A DNA stretch of 64,000 nt from Octopus vulgaris. Its lineage: Eukaryota. Numbering within the stretch: the stretch's first letter is position 1; each line of letters begins with the position of its first letter. The stretch is from the NCBI GenBank assembly GCA_951406725.2, contig OX597827.1, positions 49,228,001 to 49,292,000 of the forward strand. The letters are read 5' to 3'. Positions 12,178 to 25,094 of the stretch are shown piece by piece. The position numbers were made by a program, and so were the translations under genes. The notes under the pieces are model-generated. The model did not search any database and was not told the DNA's origin. It was given only the letters and a program-made list of their open reading frames with translations.

Positions 12178-12422
12178 CTTGTTGCAAGCAGGGAAAAATA
12201 TAGATAAAATGAAGAAAAGTAAAGAAACAAAAAGTATCAGAATAAAGCAATCACAGTGATAAGTTAAGTCAGAGAAAGTGTGTGTTTGTGTGTGTGAGCG
12301 CGTGCACGTACATGGTATTAAAAAACTGATGTACAACAAATATTTAATCACTGACGTAGTGCTAACAACATCCATCAGAACATGCGAGATTTTCCTAACT
12401 ACAAGCAATTAGAAAATAAACC

Positions 12423-12463
<41 letters not shown>

Positions 12464-13130
12464 AATGATTTTCTAATTTAGTAGGTACAACATTTAAGAT
12501 AGACGAAATTATTAATAGCAAGATAAATAATTCGAAAACAAAATAATGAGGCTTAATTTCTGTAATCTCGAACCTGTAATTACGTATTGATGTTAGTATT
12601 GCTACAGGGTTTTTCATTTTATTTTATTATATTTTATCTTATTGTTTGTTTGCTTTTTATTATTTTTTTCTTTTTTTCGTTCATGTCGTCTTTGCCTTGT
12701 ATGTTGTTGTGTATGCTATTTATTTCTTATCAATAGCTTTGATCATTTGTCAGCCAATTTAGGCAGCTGTCATTAGGTGATTTTCCTCCCTGCAATCCCA
12801 AACTTATCTCGCGTCTTCTTCCGTCGTTCTTCTCGACAGAAACGTCTGTGCGCGTGCATGTGCATGTGTGTGTATATATATATGTGCATGTGTGTGTGTG
12901 TGTGTGTGATAATCATAATAATCGACTGCCACTGAAAATATACTCTTGTCAGCCGCGTGACTACTTACATACACAAACGTTTTTGTCTCACATTTACTTG
13001 TCAAAACTTCTAAATACTTTCCAATTTTAAACCTTTTAAATCGCATGCAGATTGTTCTCTTCTTGTTTTCTTTCTTTTCTTTCCATAAACAGTTTCTTTT
13101 TTTTAAATTATTCTTATAACTATTATTACT

Positions 13131-13935
13131 GAGGCGGTGAATATTGCGAACTGGCAGAATCGTTAGCGCGCCGGACGAAATGCTTAGCGGTATTTCGTCT
13201 GCCGCTACGTTCTGAGTTCAAATTCCGCCGAGCTCGACTTTGCCTTTCATCCTTTCAGGGTCGATTAAACAAGTACCAGTTACGCACTGGGGTCGATATA
13301 ATCGGCTTAATCCGTTTGTCTGTCCTTGTTTGTCCTCTCTGTGTCTAGCCCCTTGTGGGTAGTAAAGAAATAGGTATTTACGTTCTGAGTTCAAATTCCA
13401 CCGAGGTCGACTTTGCCTTTCATCCTTTCGGGGTCGATAACTTAAGTACCAATCACACACTGGGGTCGATATAATCGATTTAATCCGTTTGTATGTTCTT
13501 GTTTGTCCCCTCTATGTGTAGTTCCCTGTGAGTAGTAAAGAAATAGGTATTTCGCCCGTCGCTACGTTCTGAATTCAAATTCCACCGAGGTCGACCTTGT
13601 CTTTCATCCTTTCGGGGTCGATAAATTAAGTATCAGTTGTGTACTGTGGTCAATCTAATCAACTTAATCCCTTCCACCAAGCTGCCCTTATGGCAAAAAT
13701 TTGAAATCATTATTACTAAGGCTGCGAGCTGGAAGATTCGTTAGCATGCCGGACAAAATGCTTAGCGGCATTTCGGCAGTCTATACGTTCTGAGCGCAAA
13801 TTTCGCCGAGATCTACTTTTCCCTTCATCCTTACGATGTCGATAAAATAAGTTCCATTTGAGCACCAGTGTCAATGTAATCGACTTACCTCCATCCCCGA
13901 ATGTGCTGGTCGTGTGCCAAAATCTGAAACCATTA
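13131..13935 (+). mobile_element. Cluster of four head-to-tail family B tRNA-derived SINEs
   Basis: Repeated TACGTTCTGAGTTCAAATTCCRCCGAGGTCGACTTTGCCTTTCATCCTTTCGGGGTCGATAA..AAGTACCA at ~13207, 13379, 13563 and 13784; Pol III-like heads TGGCAGAATCGTTAGC and GAGTTCAAATTCC. Confidence 0.9.
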
Positions 13936-16900
13936 TCGCCAGTAGTTTAATATATTTTCCCATTCTTTTCTAAAGCTTCGTTTTCTTTTTGATTTTCGCC
14001 TTTTTCACGTCCTCAACGAAATTATGTCTTAAATATCTGCGACTTTTACTTTCAGTCACTCAAATGCAGCTGTTATAACACTAACTTCGAAGGGTTTTCC
14101 TCTCCTTATTATACTGGTCGTCAGTGTTTTTCTTTTTTTTTTTGGGGGGGGGGGGTTACTTCATTCTTGGTTGTCGTAAAATACGAAATGCAAACTGGAT
14201 ATTGTGATGGAGAGAGATAACACAAAGCGACAAGTATCTTCAATGCTATTTCTTTCCTAATATCCTGGTTGCTCACCCTTGAATTATACACGCATGTAAG
14301 ACTTGAACTACAACAAAGGAGAAAGAACATTGATTGGCTACACGCAAAGAGACATTGAAAGACCCATGCTAGAATTACCATTGCGAGATCATATCCGAAA
14401 AGGGGTAATTCGAGAACAGATCGGAGAGGACGACAGAACGACGTGATCGCTAAATAACGAAAGTCCAAGCTACGCTGAGTCTGGCATGTTGCGGGATCCT
14501 TGTACAGCTGCCGACTCTTATCCATGAGATGGGGGAAAGGAAATTCGGAAGATCTCCACAACGATGGGGAGATGACTAAGTTAACCGATTTGTGCCAAGA
14601 TGAGAAGACTGGAGCACTCAAGAAAGGATTGGAAGCGTATTGTGATCAGAGGTGTATAACAGTACAAGACCATTTTTATCATTGGCTCCCAACAGAGGAA
14701 AAGTAATGTTGACGGTGGTGTGATTTGAACACGTTGCATATAATTCGAAAAAATATTGCCAGATAATTTATCCGACACTCTGAATTACTCTGCCAATTTT
14801 TTGCACATAACGTGCTACGTGCACATGTGTTATTGTTTACTAAATTTCACTTACAGAATATTGTTTCATCCGAGGTTATTTTTTCAAAAATCCGTTCTGG
14901 AATAGCGAACCCGAAATGCCCAAAATCTTGTGGTTGTGCACCGATGAGACTTCTTAACCACATTACCATATTTGTATTCAATAACACTAAACGTCCACAA
15001 CGACCAAATTTAATTATTTTACGGATAACGAACGAGATAATTAAATTCTGAGACAGCCACTTTAACACTCTAATATTAAACAATTAATCAACAAGTACTC
15101 ATTGTAAAACTTCAATCGTCTTTTTCCGGCCCTAAATCTAATAAGAGGATTAACTCTTTATATGGGGTGGGGAATAAAGAAGATACAAACTGACAGTTGA
15201 CAACACAAACACAAATCTAAAATCATACATATAAATATTAAGTAAATATCTCTATGAAGTGATGTCTATATGTTTAATGAACCTATATATAGTCTTGTTG
15301 TTAAAGTCAGTCTTGTTAAAGCGGTTTGGAATGAAGAAAATAAACTGACTTGTTTTGGCTTCCATTAATTGCTTATCCCTTTCCTCCAGGTTTAACTGAC
15401 AAAATTTTATCTATAACTCATATCTGAATTGTTTTTCGATAGCTGTTTCAAAACATAATCGTTTATAAAATTACGAAAGTAGAGTACATACATAATTATA
15501 CCTAAAACAATTATAAAACATATAAAATTTATGCTTTTCAGCTATTTACACTGTGTGTGTGTGAATACATCTTTTTCTCTGGATTTCTTATTAGATGAAT
15601 AACCCGTCAAATCTTAATTATTTATTCATGTAATTATAAAAAGGAGTTTTGTTCTTTCATTGAAACAGCTGTTGGAGACAAATTCAATAATACGCAAGAT
15701 TTACGCTCCTTCTGCTGTTTGCTATTCTGCTTTCAACTATCGCTTTAACCCCCTATAAATATATACAAGTTTATTCCACCAATAAATAGTAATAATGTAT
15801 AGGACTTTGATGATGTTAATCTTTGAGCTCTTAAATTATTATGAATAAATTTTATGGTGGTTATACTTCTTCTCGTTAGGTAGAGATTAAGAAGTCTAAC
15901 AGCTATTTAAAGAAAGTGGAAACAAGATTGTTGGTAGCACCGTTTAATTTACATAATGGTACCGTGTTAACGATTGAAAATTGAATTAATAACTACAAAA
16001 CCAACACAGCCAGTGCAATGTGTGTATATTCGTAGTTGTGCGTATATGATTTATAAGCATTCTTTCAAAAACCTAACGTTCCGAAAAGTCTAATAAGTGA
16101 GATGAATAACAAGTTGTGGTGGTCATACGTTTCTCAAAGTACGTTGGCAGTATGAGGGAAATATGTGGTCAAAGAGGAAGACCAAAGTTTGCAGAAAGCA
16201 GTTTAAACAACCGAATAAGTAGAAGCATATTTACAATACAGATGAAATCATTGAAAAAGGGGTGTCTATGAAGTCCATACAAATAGTAGAAATAAGGGCC
16301 AAATCTCTCTTAAACCACACCCCTATCTTCTAAAAACAAAATATAAGGCACATTGTATAATGTAATCACTCAAACAAAAGATTTCATCATGACTGGAACC
16401 TCTTTGGTCCTAGGTCTTTTTGATTACAGTTTACTCGGTGCTAAACAATATCGGCAGGGGACCTACTAGTAATAGCAGTCGAATCTCCGCAAATCTCACA
16501 CTTAGATCAGACCTGAGCTAATGCTAAGAGATATATAAAACCAGCAACATCAACGATTGAAATACAACCCTATAATAAATGTATTGCATAATATCAGTAT
16601 TTCGACTCGATAACATTAATTGAATTAGACAAGCAATATGGTGGATGTCACACTCAAATGATAAAAAATAAAACAAAAGCGAAAACTTCAAAAAACAACG
16701 TTTTTTTTATATGTCTTTATCAAAGAATTAGTCCTGGTTATTTCGTTATTTGACGGCAACGTCATCAGAAATTAATTCATTCATTGAACATGTATACATC
16801 ATCAATCAGGAAGAGTTGGCTATTTTATGACAGAAACTGTGAGGAAAATGCTATCTATTGCTATAAACAGCTCAAATATTTATGACCTAGAACGAAATTT

Positions 16901-17269
16901 AATAGTATCCGATTCACTACACAACTTGTCAATGTGCATAGCATATCGAAATAGTTCGTTACTTTTCTTTCTATTGAATTGTGTTGCATGCTTTATGGTT
17001 TTACTTTTTCTATACCAATGGTCGTGTCATCGGCTGCAAAATATTTTTTTTTCCTAACCGCATCTTCAAAGCGAGTACGTTTGAAAGAACGGGGAAACAT
17101 TGTGTATGTATGTGAAAGGGGCGACAGGGAAGACAAAGAGTGAGTGTGAGTGGGAAGGAGAGATCGGATGTTTATTGCTCTTTAGCTTTGAGGTTATCCA
17201 TGATCGAACCATCCTTTAAGATCAAAGATATTCCAGCCGTGATCATCACGCCTGTTTTCTTCAGACTTA

Positions 17270-17325
<56 letters not shown>

Positions 17326-17814
17326 CTGCATTATCCAATTTCTAACAAGTCCAGCAACCATATAAAAATTATCTCATTTCCTGCGAATAGTCGTAGTTGT
17401 TATTTAACTCTAGATCAAACCTGGTTATCTCCACTTTGATGACACGCAGTTTCTCTATCTATCTATCTCTCTATCTCTTCTCACTCTTTTATCTATTTAT
17501 CTACCTATCTGTGTGTGTATGTGTGTGTGCGCGCGTGCTCGCGTGTATATGTCTTTCCTTATAGTGCTGATACCTTTCTGACAATTGCAAGTATTTTCGT
17601 TCATCACGGATTAACAACACACATTAAATTCAATGATATGATAAATAAGTTACATTACAATATTGCATTGACCACATTTGTTTTCCTAATGTTTATAAAA
17701 TCAAACTTGTATACGTAATAGTCTTGTAAAGTTAGCTAAGTTCCTATAACGTGGAGAAAAAAGAATCTTAAGGTTGCGAACAAAACTCTTTGCTGAGAGA
17801 GAAAGAATATTATA

Positions 17815-18300
17815 TAATAATAATAATGAAATTATTGTATACAGTGCTCAGGTGCACCATAACTTGTCAAAAGTGCGTATAAAGCATATGCAGTAATGTA
17901 CAAATGTCTAGAAAGTGAACAGTGTATGAGTCAGATACATGCTTGCGTGTGTATGGAGGGGAGAAAGTCAGGTGTAGTGTTGGCGAATCTCAAGAAGCAT
18001 GGAAGTTTTGAAGGATGCAGTGATCTGACAACAACTGATGCCGGCAGTTTGTTCCATGCTTCAGCAACTTGTAGGGTGATAAAATGTTTCCGAAAGTCAT
18101 GGGAGCTGTGCTGTTTTCTGACTTTGTAAACATGTCCACGGGTATTAGACAGGTGGAGTTTGAAAAGGTGCTCAGAGTTATTGTTTGTAAGATGGTTAAT
18201 CATTTTATGGGTGCCTGCCAAGTCAGCTGCCAGACGTCGGAGTTTCAATGTGTCCATGCCCAGGGAAGTAAGGCGTTCAGAATATGGCAAATGCCTGATG
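17815..18300 (-). mobile_element. CR1-clade LINE 3' end (RT C-terminus, 3'UTR, (TAT)n tail)
   Basis: ORF 17931-18290: PYSERLTSLGMDTLKLRRLAADL...TRGHVYKVRK...RKHF...AWNKLPASVV, the CR1-type YxxRLxxL..RR..DL..TRGH..WNxLP pattern. Confidence 0.88.
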
Positions 18301-18447
18301 GAGGATATTATGTTTGGTTTGGGCTAGCTAAAACAAAAGTCACAAAATTGTATTCTTTGAACTACAATGATCCTGTTGAACAGGGTTGAATATGTTAAAT
18401 ACAATATATGTGGGTGAAAGAGTTATTGTAGGAATTGTGTATATTTA

Positions 18448-19106
18448 CAATATTTTTTTACTTTATCTAACTGAAACAATGAATTACAGAAAGAAATCCT
18501 GTCCAATACATGGAGAGTAGTTTTATTAAAGTAAAATAATAGGACCTTGAGCTTATGCAGGGTATCTGGGGGATCTTTTCGGTTTCACTGGTAGTTTTTC
18601 AAAATAATTTCCACGTAACTAAACACTTTTAAACTTCGTATACTGATAGAATGTGTTTATAAAACATCATTTTCTCTTGGCTTTATTGACAAAATTCTAT
18701 AGTTTGTAAGATATTTGTTGTTTTTTTCTTCAATTTCTGCAATTTCAACCAATCACTAACGTCTATTGAGTTAAAAAAATATTCTGTGCCGTATGAATAT
18801 GTCACTCGTTTAAGAAACAGATTGGATTTATTTACATCTCTGAAGAAAAAAAGATACCCTTCCCCAACAACTGACCCTAACCCTAAAAGAGATTGAAATG
18901 CAATAGATCGATACTAGGGTCATAATTATGGGTGACAATTTCATATGACACCGCTAGAAAAAACTGCCGTTCAAACCGAAAAGATCCCAATATTTTTTTA
19001 CTTTATCTGACTGAAGCAATGCATTACAGAAAGAAATCCTGTCCAATATATGGAGCGTAGTTTTATTAAAGTAAAACAATAGGACCTTGAGCTTATGCAG
19101 GGTATC
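18448..19106 (+). repeat. ~118 bp direct repeat (18448-18566 and 18988-19106) flanking the MITE
   Basis: CAATATTTTTTTACTTTATCT...AGGACCTTGAGCTTATGCAGGGTATC on both sides, about 6 mismatches. Confidence 0.92.
18570..18988. mobile_element. MITE (~420 bp) with ~30 bp TIRs starting GGGATCTTTTCGGTTT
   Basis: Left GGGATCTTTTCGGTTTCACTGGTAGTTTTTC; right GAAAAAACTGCCGTTCAAACCGAAAAGATCCC; internal CCCTAACCCTAA. Confidence 0.85.
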
Positions 19107-19736
19107 CGTGAATACATAGATGCTTGTACGGAAGAAATCAAATAACGACGGGCTGTTACTTAGTTCTGTGGTGAGCGGTATCTTTTGTGAAAATGGCACA
19201 AACTCAAGTGTTCCCAAAGAAGTCAATCGCTAAAATTTGGGCACGGTTTCGATTTTTATTCTGTGTATTCTGTCAAAAGACTACTTTCCACGATAAATAC
19301 TAAGTAGACATGTCGGTCAATTACAATCTTCTTAATTATATCTCATTGCAATTATTTATTTTAAAAAAACACGATATTAATAAATTCGCATAATTGCCAT
19401 CACATATAAACGAATAACAATATAATTAGCAGTAATGGAGCACAGGAATATTTTTATAGTTTATGATATTGATTCGGTACGCTGTATGCTATTGATGGAA
19501 TATGTTTCGTGTTACAACTCAAAGTGCTACGATATAAATACCAAATAAACATTTAAAGAAACGGCTGCAATAATTTAAGCTTAAGATCCAAATACACACA
19601 AAGAAAAAGTAAATTCATGTTGAGAAACTGAAATATGTAAATAAAATCCGATTATGCAAATTGCACACACATACGCACAAGGTGCGGAAGATATTTGAGG
19701 ACACATTTATGTTTATAAAAAAAAACATAACTTTTT

Positions 19737-19855
19737 TTCCTGATTTTCTTTTACTTTTTCTGACAAATGAACCTTTCCTCATCATATAAGACTTATATTC
19801 GATGTCTTCGTAGACAACATTTCTGACTGTTCCATTTGACACATGGAAATCTTTA
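19737..19855 (-). mobile_element. Short maT/Tc1-like transposase fragment
   Basis: FHVSNGTVRNVVYEDIEYKSYMMRKGSF; DNA is nearly the same as 53350-53445. Confidence 0.65.
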
Positions 19856-19859
19856 TTTG

Positions 19860-20335
19860 TCAAAAAATGCCATGAACCAGGTATCATTCTCAAATAATTT
19901 TCAGTTTCTTTTTGATCATTCCAAATGCTCCTACAATCACTGGTATTGTAACCATCTTGAGAGGCCACATCTTTTCGATTTCGATTGGCAAATCTTTATA
20001 TTTTCTGAGCTTATCAAGTTCTTTTGCCGAGTTACTACGATATTATGGATGCTTATGTCAATCAATAAACGGACTTAATTTTACTGTTCTTTCAGAACAA
20101 TATCTGGATTATTGACTTTGGTAGTCCGGTCTGTACATACTGGCAAATCCCAAAGAATCATATTTTCTCCTTCAGTTACAGCCTTAGGGTGATGCTTCTA
20201 CCATTTGTCAGCAGTTTTGATTTTATAATGTCGACATATTATCCTGTCTAGATATTGACCAACTCTGCCATGCCATACACCCAGAGATTAGGTGGGCCAC
20301 TGTTTCAATCCCATTGTTCTTTTCTATAATGTTAT
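19860..20335 (-). mobile_element. R4/Dong-like non-LTR retrotransposon C-terminus (zinc knuckle plus restriction-like endonuclease), decayed
   Basis: Minus strand, across frameshifts and stops: ETVAHLISGC...HHPKAVTEGENMILWDLPVCTDRTTKVNNPDIV...LLIDISI...KLRKYKDLPIEIEKMWPLKMVTIPVIVGAFGMI. Confidence 0.8.
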
Positions 20336-20349
20336 TCAATAAAACCACC

Positions 20350-20520
20350 TTTTTTATTGTTGGGGGGACAAACACAGGTACACAAATACACACACATATA
20401 TGTATATACATATATACGACGGGCTTCTTTCAGTTTCCGTCTACCAAATCCACTCAAAAGGCTTTGGTCGGAACCATGTGGTTGATAAGCAAGCTACTTA
20501 CCACATAGCCCCTCCTCTGC
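20350..20520 (-). mobile_element. Family A SINE, internally deleted
   Basis: TACGACGGGCTTCTTTCAGTTTCCGTCTACCAAATCCACTC...GGAACCATGTGGTTG..AAGCAAGCTACTTACCACATAGCC. Confidence 0.85.
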
Positions 20521-21413
20521 CTATGTATGTATGTATGCATATATATCTTTCTATGTAAATATATTTATTAATATATGTTATGAAAATTGAGTATGTGTTC
20601 GTGTTGTTATATCTATACGCATTATCGCGGTGCTACTTCGCTGGCTGAGATCGGTTGTCTCATTGTGCATGTCAGTGCTAATACTGCTAGTACAGCTATC
20701 TTTATCATCATCATCATCATCATACCTTGTCATGATCATTACTATCACACTCCTCATCACCATCGTAATCGTTACGATCACTGTCGTTTTCTTCTTGGTG
20801 ATCGTTGTCACTGCGTCTGTTAACAATCTGCATGTATCGATTGTCCAAGTAATCATTATCGATATCAAAGGTTTATTCTACAACAAACACACTGATATCT
20901 CTTTTTTTTTATTACCCTTCAGCTATTTTGGCAAAGGTCCAGACAGAATGAGTTCCCGCAAAGGCTCGTAGTTCAAAACTGTGCTTCTATAAATCCCCAC
21001 CATGAACCATCGCTGCAGACGACAACAGCAGCAGACGTTCTACGTTAAATGTTTTCATAGGAGTGGTGTGGGGAATAGTTAGTTGTGACAGGGACACAGT
21101 TTGATGTAAATAATGTATTCTTACATTGGCACAAGGCCAGAACTGCTACAGAAAGGAACATGGCGGTTGATATTGGCCACCAATAATTGATTGGTAGTCG
21201 TTTTATAGACTCTGAGGGGGGAATATAAACTCAAACTGTCATGTGCAGATTCGAACCTCAAACCTAAAGAGACGTTGTACAATACTCTTTGCTTTATTTA
21301 TATTTTATTGTTATATATGACTTCTTTTTAGTCATCATGGTTGATTTTTCTTTTTTTTTTCTTTTGTTCAGTAATATTTACCTCACTTTACGCGGATAAT
21401 CTATTGTCTAATT

Positions 21414-21880
21414 AGTGGAAGCTTAATGCTTAATGGCCCAGTGGTTAGCACAGCGGACTCGCGGTCATCGAATCGCGGTTTCGAGTCCCAGACCGGGTGT
21501 TGTGTGTTTTTTGAGCGAAAACACCTAAAGCTCCACGATGCCCCGGTATTGAGCGAAAACACCTAAAGCTCCACGATGCCCCGGAATTGAGCGAAAACAC
21601 CTAAAGCTCCACGAGGCTCCGGCAGGGTGAGGTGGCGAACCCTGCTGTATTCTTTCACCACAACTTTCTCTCACTCTTTCTTCTTGTTTCTGTTGTACCT
21701 GTATTTCAAAGGGCCAACCTTGTCACACTCTGTGTCATACTGAATCTCCCCGAGAACTACGTTAAGAATACACGTGTCTGTGGAGTGCTCAGCCACTTGC
21801 ACGTTAATTTCACGAGCAGGCTGTTCCGTTGATTGGATCAACCGGAACCCTCGTCGTCGTAACCAGCAGAGTGCCACCAT
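21414..21880 (+). mobile_element. tRNA-derived SINE (family C) with an internal 38 bp triplication
   Basis: A-box-like TGGCCCAGTGGTTAG and B-box-like GGTTTCGAGTCCC; unit TTGAGCGAAAACACCTAAAGCTCCACGATGCCCCGGWA at 21511, 21549 and 21587; possible TSD ATTRTCTAATTA. Confidence 0.8.
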
Positions 21881-22276
21881 TATCTAATTAAAAGTTATAA
21901 TGTTCGTCACATTAAGTGTTAGTGCACACATCACTGTGCAAGACATTTTCATAGAACGAATCTATCGTTTCTGTCAACCGTTGCTTATGAGTAAGAGACG
22001 ATATAGAAATGAATACTTAGGTTATCATAGAGGCATAAATTTGTTGAAAGATCGGATTATGTTTAGTAAATCCATCCACAGTAATTCACTGGTACTTACT
22101 TCCTTAAATGTATTTAAAATTAGAACTAATATGTATGCAACAAACTGCCTACAACAGCAATATATACAGTGTGTGTGTATACAAATGGAACAGAGTGGAC
22201 TAGAGAGTGGGGGACACAAGGAACAGAAAGTCACAGAAGAAATCTCGGGATGTGGGGCGAAAGAACTCTGAGAAAC

Positions 22277-22314
<38 letters not shown>

Positions 22315-22844
22315 TAATAATAATGAAGTGAAGATTATATAAACAGTGCGTGTGTTCATTGGCAAAATGACCGTCCCCAAATATAACTATATATCGTTTT
22401 CTATTAAAATCGAAACTTAGAGTATATCTAACAACATTAGTTTCGGTACAAAACACTCCTCTCGTTTATTCAACATAACTCGCTAATCACTGTTTGATAC
22501 AGAAGAGGTTCGTGAATATAGACACGTACCTGTAGCTCATTGACAGAGCCATTCCATACCGGTCATCAGTGAAGTCAATTCTTTTGGTCAAGACAGATTT
22601 CGTGACATCGAAAACCGTTCTGGCACTATGTCTGGACCAACTATGCTTTAAAGATCTCAACAGAAGTGCTTTGCGTTCTGAACAAAACCAATGTCTTTGC
22701 TTGTACTATACTGGTTATCTACTACACATTCTGTCGTACTCTGTCGCTTCACTCTAGCCTGAAACCAGCCTCTTCTTTAGCATTCATGAGGGTATTCCTC
22801 GCGCCTATCAACTAACACACGTTCTGTATATATACATATACATA

Positions 22845-22877
<33 letters not shown>

Positions 22878-23038
22878 GTAACGTGTGTGCGCGTGCAGTG
22901 TATTTGTGCTGATAGTTAATTTGGAGAGAATGCGTGATTCCCTTTTATCTTTGTCGTTTTTCTTACGATACATGCTAAAGATATTTTTGTTTGTAATTAT
23001 GAATGTCTGACATATGTACGTACACACATACACACACA

Positions 23039-23070
<32 letters not shown>

Positions 23071-23639
23071 TGTATATATTATATCACTGCTTCTTTCTCT
23101 ACCATCAAAGAACGAATATCTGGAATCGGGAGGAGGGGACGAAATAAATGTCCATTTAGAGAGATGCATTGGAATTTGGATTAAAAGACAAATATAGATA
23201 TACAAAATACAACCACACAATAAAGGAATATCAAAAGACTTGAAATGACACGCGAAGTCGCTGGGGAGTAGCCAAATTGGTTTGTGGGAAACGTTAAACA
23301 GGAAATCTCCCAATTTCTAGCTGGTTTGAAACAAGTTGTATGTATGGATATATGTTAATACGTGTGTACATGTAAAATATAAATATATGTTTCATACATA
23401 CATACATACATACATACATACATGTGTGTGTGTTGTTGCTGTTCATGTATGTTTGATGTTCCTCTGTGTACACGTGCTAGTTTTGGTCAAAGGCCAACAG
23501 CCATTCTATAGCAACGCCTTGATGGGATTGATAGGAGCATATCTACTCCAGTATTTATTTCAGTCAGGTACTTATTCTATCGTTCTCAAATTGTCGACCT
23601 TCTACGTTACGAGATTTAAATATATAAGCAGAAACATAT

Positions 23640-23677
<38 letters not shown>

Positions 23678-23751
23678 CCTATTTTTCATATAAGTAAAAA
23701 CATACAAACGAACGCATACTCTCACACACTTACATGCATACATACATACAT

Positions 23752-23929
23752 GATAGATCGTTAGCCACTACACACATTTTTTTCTCCTTGTTTTTTTTCT
23801 GTGTCCCTTTCTGTAGAAGAGCGTAGGCTCGAAACGCAAAAGACTTTTTCTATTCCTCAACGTTATACTAATACATCTGTCTGATTTGTTCACCACCTGG
23901 CTTTGTCTTTTGTTTTTTTCGTAAACTCT

Positions 23930-23932
<3 letters not shown>
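23752..23932 (+). mobile_element. Hammerhead-bearing Penelope-type mini-element (CUGU(C/A)GA family)
   Basis: CTTT-CTGTAGA-A-GAGC-GTAG-GCTC-GAAACGCA-AAAG, shared tail ...CGTTATACTAATAC..., ending at (TA)n. The cleavage-site U is mutated to C. Confidence 0.75.
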
Positions 23933-23979
<47 letters not shown>

Positions 23980-25026
23980 CTCAGATAATCTAATCAAGGA
24001 AGTATCTTAAGTCATGCAAAAAGATGGTAGTTCTATTCTAAATTGTTCTGTCAAGAATTTAACTCTTTCAAAGTTGTCGTTTATGAGATAGAAAAACTAT
24101 TCAATAGTGATACCTTATTATCTATAAACGTAGTTTCAGCGAATTTTGTTTTCATGTTTTCATCGGAGTTCTAAAGGAAGGATCTGTAAGCAAACCAGGT
24201 TAATCATTATTATCTCCTTTGAAATAACTAACCGAACAAAAAGAAAGGATAATTCGGTCGTTAAACAGCATTTATTCGGAAAAAGATTAAAACTTCTAAG
24301 GAGAATAAATTATGTCCCCTAAACTTGATAACATTATATATCAATAAGTACATAAATTATGGTGATTGTTGCATGTATATACAAACATATATCTATAAAG
24401 AGTAAATACTAAGTCGTCGTCTAAAACTGAACTGAAACAGTTATTATGACTTCGGAATTATGATTACCGTCTGTGCGATAAAAGTTTAAAATCATAAAAG
24501 TGGATATATTCCAAACAAAGTATTTGTGAGAAATACCTTATTTGTTTTAACTATATACGTAGATTTAACGAATTGTTTTCTCCTTTATTCAGAAGGAGTA
24601 ATTTGTCTGCAAACCAGCCTTATATAACGTATACTAGTTAGCAGCCGTCATATGATCATAGATTGTATTAAAAAAGCGTCGATTCGAAAACACTTTCTTT
24701 GACGGATAGTGTGAGCTCTCTAAAATGTTCAAGCTTCATAATAATGAGCTGATATACTCTCTCCCTCTTTCTGTCTCTCTCACACACTCGTGTGTGTGTG
24801 CGTGTGTGGATATATTAGGTTTCGTTATAATACATAGAGAGATAGGTAAATATACATGCCTACAAATAGATTATACTGACATAACACTCACACAAACAAC
24901 CATTTCTTTGTAAAACTTTAATAATCTCATACTCTTCGAAAAAGTATTGAATAACACTTTTGTTTAATCTTAAATTGTTTTTATACATAACTTGACATAA
25001 AGACAAACATACATTTATGTGTGTGT

Positions 25027-25094
<68 letters not shown>

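Noticed and set aside
14121-14800. 166 aa ORF and neighbours
   Set aside because: No recognisable motif. The region has a degenerate SINE-like head on the minus strand and is probably an old repeat that I cannot classify.
20578-20971. His/Cys/Ile-rich ORFs
   Set aside because: Derived from decayed (CAT)n-type trinucleotide sequence.
21511-21623. CRISPR-like 38 bp repeats
   Set aside because: Contiguous tandem units without spacers, inside a SINE.
24126-24168. Minus-strand CCGAUGA...GAAACUACGUU hammerhead-like motif
   Set aside because: No convincing stem I or stem II.
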